A DNA stretch of 64,000 nucleotides from Selaginella moellendorffii (Eukaryota > Plantae > Lycopodiophyta). A program made the position numbers and the translations under genes. Below, piece by piece: positions 60,380 through 64,000 of the stretch. The stretch is taken from positions 809,533-873,532 of the forward strand of contig NW_003314317.1 in assembly GCF_000143415.4 (NCBI RefSeq), read 5' to 3'. A model generated the notes under the pieces. The model had not been told where the DNA came from, did no database searches, and saw only the letters and a program-made list of their open reading frames with translations. How positions within the stretch are numbered: position 1 is the stretch's first letter; the number at the start of each line of letters is the position of its first letter.

Positions 60380-61240
60380 TTTTTATCTCACGGATATACA
60401 TTATATGGATTTAATTTTTGGGATGCCATGGTTCACAAAGGTAAATCCAGTGATAAAATAGACCATTAAATGTGTCTCACTAAAGTATAGTACCATCAAG
60501 GATGTGTGGTTTGGCGAGGGATTTTAGCTTTCAATTGTTATGCTCTCCACTACATTTTTAAAGTGGGTTATTATAATGGAAAAACACTTTTAAGTTACTT
60601 ATTTATTCATGATTTAGGGGACCAAGGTAAATGTGCAGAAGAGGCAGTAGTATGGGATGCATTCAATTTTTTTTTTAATGTTTTTCCATTCACACTTCCT
60701 CATAGGTTACCTCCATTACAAGGTGTGGAACATGAGATTACATTAGAGCCAAAGACAAAGCCAATTTGTCAATATCCATTTTTATTGAGTTATGCAGAAG
60801 AACAAAAAGTTTAATAACAAATCAAGGAGTTATTTGAATTTGGATTCATTCAGCTAAATAAGTCTTCATTTAGCACACTAGTCTTACTCGTGAAAAAAAA
60901 AAACAATTTGGTATAAATATGTATTAACTACCGTACCTTAAACAAAAAGATAATAATATTTGTAGAGTGGATATCATTATATTGTAATAGATGACGTATT
61001 TATCTCTAAGATGGCATTCAATATAAGTTTTAGGCATTTTAAGTTCATAATTATGCCATTGATTTGACAAATACACCAATCATGTGTACTCAGTTAATGA
61101 TAAAAGTATTTAGGCATTATCTTCATAAATTTGTAAAGATTGTTTTTGAACAATATTCTTGTTTTTAGCAAGAATATAAAAGAGGATAAGGTACATTTGC
61201 GCAAAGTTCTCCTATTGCTACATGACAACAAACCTTACAC
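60380..61240 (+). mobile_element. Ty3/gypsy pol remnant (protease end and RT)
   Basis: DLIFGMPWF, LPPLQGVEHEITLEP, ELFEFGFIQ..SSFSTLVLLVKK, CINYRTLNK, HLRKVL; stops and frameshifts. Confidence 0.88.
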
Positions 61241-61863
61241 GAAGAAGAGAGCATAAACAAGATTTTCAGTAAGTTTTTAAGTATAGTCACTCAAAACGTA
61301 ATCAACTCAATCAATAAGATAAAAATAACTTACCATCATATAATTTAAAATTAAGGAGTGTAACAAGCTTGTACTCTGGGTCACCATCAAGCTTGATTAC
61401 TAATAATTACTAATAACGTAGGTACTGTGCACTAAGGAATGGTATTTGCAATAAGGTTTAAGGACAAAAATATGAAAAATTAAGTGAAGTTTCATGGATG
61501 TAGGTTATAAGTGTAAGATCTAACCCAAAATGGTGTCATTAGTCATTACATGGATGAGTTGTTCAGAAGTTATGCTAAAGAAGCCATATTTGATCTGTAA
61601 TATTAAATACAAGAGTCAGATTACAATGGCTATCTTGTGGAAGTCTTGAGAACAATACAAATGGTGAATCAAGTTCTCATAGATGTAATGAAGGTGGAGC
61701 TTAGATATAAGTATGCAATAACAAATAAGGGTGTTAACATGTGATAGTAAAGAATAGTATTTAACATGTTGAACTATGTCTATGAACTGAGTTGTTGTAA
61801 GCAAATTTTATAAGTGACAAAATATTTACTTAGTTGTCCAGCTAATATATTAAAACATCGAAG

Positions 61864-61960
61864 GTATTATTTTAATGTTTGAATACGGGCCGAAGAAAGA
61901 AGGGGCCCGTATTCAAACATTAAAATAATACTTTGAATACGGGCCCCTTCTTTCTTCGGC
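61864..61960. repeat. Two overlapping perfect inverted repeats (28 and 29 bp stems)
   Basis: 61864-61891/61904-61931 and 61889-61917/61932-61960, both without mismatch. Confidence 0.95.
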
Positions 61961-62012
61961 ACTGGAGATCTAAACGGCCACTTCCCGACATCGCTATTTA
62001 CAGCTGAAGCGT

Positions 62013-64000
62013 CTAGATTCCACTGTCCATGGCATATTGTGTGATCCCAACTAGTCTTCGGATGATTCTTTGATCTTTAAGCGCTCTCGATTTCCTCCAG
62101 TTCTGATACCCTGCTTCCGGATAGAGCTCAGATGTAGTAGTTATATACACCCTGGTCCTGCTGGGAGGAATCCCGAAGTGCTCCATAACTTTCAGTATTC
62201 CTGAGTATTTGAGGCCGTGCTCATGCCTCTCAGAACTGAGAGTCGCTTGGAACAGCTCGAGCTCGGGCAAATCCTGGGGTGTCGGCTGCACTATCGTCAT
62301 GGCGTCCACTGTCTCTTCCATGGGTGAATCCGGCCAGATGATTCTATTGACCGGCCAAGGACGTGACACATTCTCAATCTTGTCGACTTTCACCACTTCA
62401 CCAAACTCAAAAACCCGCTCCTCGTCCTGACTTACCACATTGATATCGTCGTGGACTCGGCGAACCTTGAAACAACGACGGCTGTATTTCTGCGTCAGGG
62501 TCATGAACTCGTGCTGGAAGACGTGGCCCTTGCAACCGTTGACACCATGCGCCGCCAGTCCCTTGAAGCTTAAAAACAGCCGCAACTCCCCGCTGGTAGA
62601 CTCGCTTAGTTTCTCTGTTGCCACCTTGACAAGGTAGGGAGATGCAAACATGTACTCGTACCCGTTGTATCCCTGCTTGACCCTCTGGTGTACTACTTTG
62701 TGACACGGATGGTCACCATCGGCAATCTGCTGTCCCACCGCTTCTACTGTACGCTGAATAGACTGTAAACCCCTGACGATGGTATCCAGGTCGATATGCA
62801 GCTTCTCAAGCACAAAGCGAGCCGTGCCACCCCATCTCCTGTATCTCTCCTTGACAACATCCAAAGTTAGCATCTTTCGTGCCTCAAGCAATTCCTCCTC
62901 GCCTTTAAGCGCTTGGACATGAGGCAGTGTCGGATCAAACATCACTTGCCAGGCAACCGCGAGCTCGGCAGCAGACCACACCGGCAGGATCACCTGGTTG
63001 CCGCGGCCATCCTTATCATAGTCCTGGAAATTGCTCAGCTTCGGAATTGCAGCAAGCAAGCTTTTGCATCCAAACTCCGGAACACACGGCAGCTTGCCAT
63101 CCACCAGATAGTAAACCTCCGGATCAAGCAGGATGCCGTTGTTTTTCAGCCGGAGACACGAGTAATCCTGACCAATGACCTTGCTTTCATTGTTGTGTTG
63201 CGGCTCATAGAAGTAGAGAGAACCGCCCTTGGTCTGAAAAGCAACTGGCTTCCTTTCATTCAACAGCTTGAGCAGCGTGGTGATGATAAATGCCGTCTTG
63301 CCGATGCCAGGAACTCCCAGCAGTAGAACCGCAAGGACGCCACTGTCCCAAAGCCTCTCCACCTTCTCGCGGACTGGCACGTAGCAGGGTCGCTCCAGGA
63401 TACACGAACCACTAGTCTTACACCAGAAATTCTGTAAGGCTTTACGAGACTGCGGGGTCGTGAATGTGTACATCGTTAGCTCCAGCAACCCTGCAGCACC
63501 AAGGAAAGCATTATAGGACAAAAGAGACACAGAAAGATCTTACCAGGCGGGGAAGGACACGGTATCTCGTTCAATGCTTCCTTCACATAGTGCATTTCGT
63601 CCGTTTGGTCCTAGAGATTGAATCGATGAGAGATCGCCATTGTATCATACTGAACGCACCTCAGCAGCAGGGGGTGATGACGTCGCTGGATCCATCGCCT
63701 CCTCCTCCTCCGGAAACATGGGACTAAATTTATCCGGCAGCTCCGGAATCTGATTCTCTGGTTGAAGAGTAACAGTCTGCTTCTCACACTCCAGACTCAT
63801 CGTCCGTGAGCACACGAGATCCACTGCAACTCAGGCGAGAGTTGGAGGAAGTCAAGATGAGAACATGCGAGCCTACCAGGATTACAAGCGGTCAGATCCA
63901 CAAAATTGCGAAGGGCCAAGCACAGGAGAGGGGACGACATGTACTCGGACAAATCCGTGTAAGAGAGACCTCCAGCTCGTCCAGTCTTATGAATCCGGCT
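62013..64000 (-). CDS. Crinkler/RHS (CR)-type P-loop NTPase + restriction-endonuclease-fold protein; large last exon 63490-62013, small 5' exons probably continuing beyond the window
   Basis: RPCY, LLLGVPGIGKT (Walker A), YYLVDG (Walker B), LPVWSAAEL, RYRRWGGTARFVL, HKVVH, FASPY, KGHVFQ, TVDAM, LFQATLS..H match the CRN/RHS C-terminal layout. 53-bp GT-AG intron at 63491-63543. Confidence 0.82.

Noticed and set aside
1-64000. CRISPR arrays, rRNA, tRNA, prokaryotic operons
   Set aside because: None seen; the sequence is spliced plant DNA and its repeats are IRs, LTRs or microsatellites

Overview
Eukaryotic land-plant genomic DNA, most likely the lycophyte Selaginella (inferred from ~50-65 bp introns, very compact gene spacing and the PPR style). 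Gene-dense GC-rich islands alternate with AT-rich decayed Ty3/gypsy LTR-retrotransposon debris (~16-19, 23-25, 28-37, 55-62 kb). Recognisable genes: RPN2 (5' part) head-to-head with an ASAP1-like SMC5/6 subunit, a PLS-type PPR, a 2OG-Fe(II) dioxygenase, a small Trp/Arg/Cys-rich secreted peptide, a USP-domain RLCK, an ectodomain-less non-RD kinase, two L-type lectin receptor kinases, a Gly-rich/8-Cys secreted protein and a PS1 pseudogene. Highlights: (i) two Crinkler/RHS-type genes (NTPase+REase; apparently dead REase+kinase), the first followed by two perfect, mutually exclusive hairpins; (ii) a ~6 kb inverted-repeat mosaic built from fragments of neighbouring genes, containing fold-back hairpins antisense to the intact dioxygenase; (iii) a candidate new Trp-rich Cys-repeat peptide family. 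All homology calls are from recalled motifs and by-eye alignment, not from database searches.
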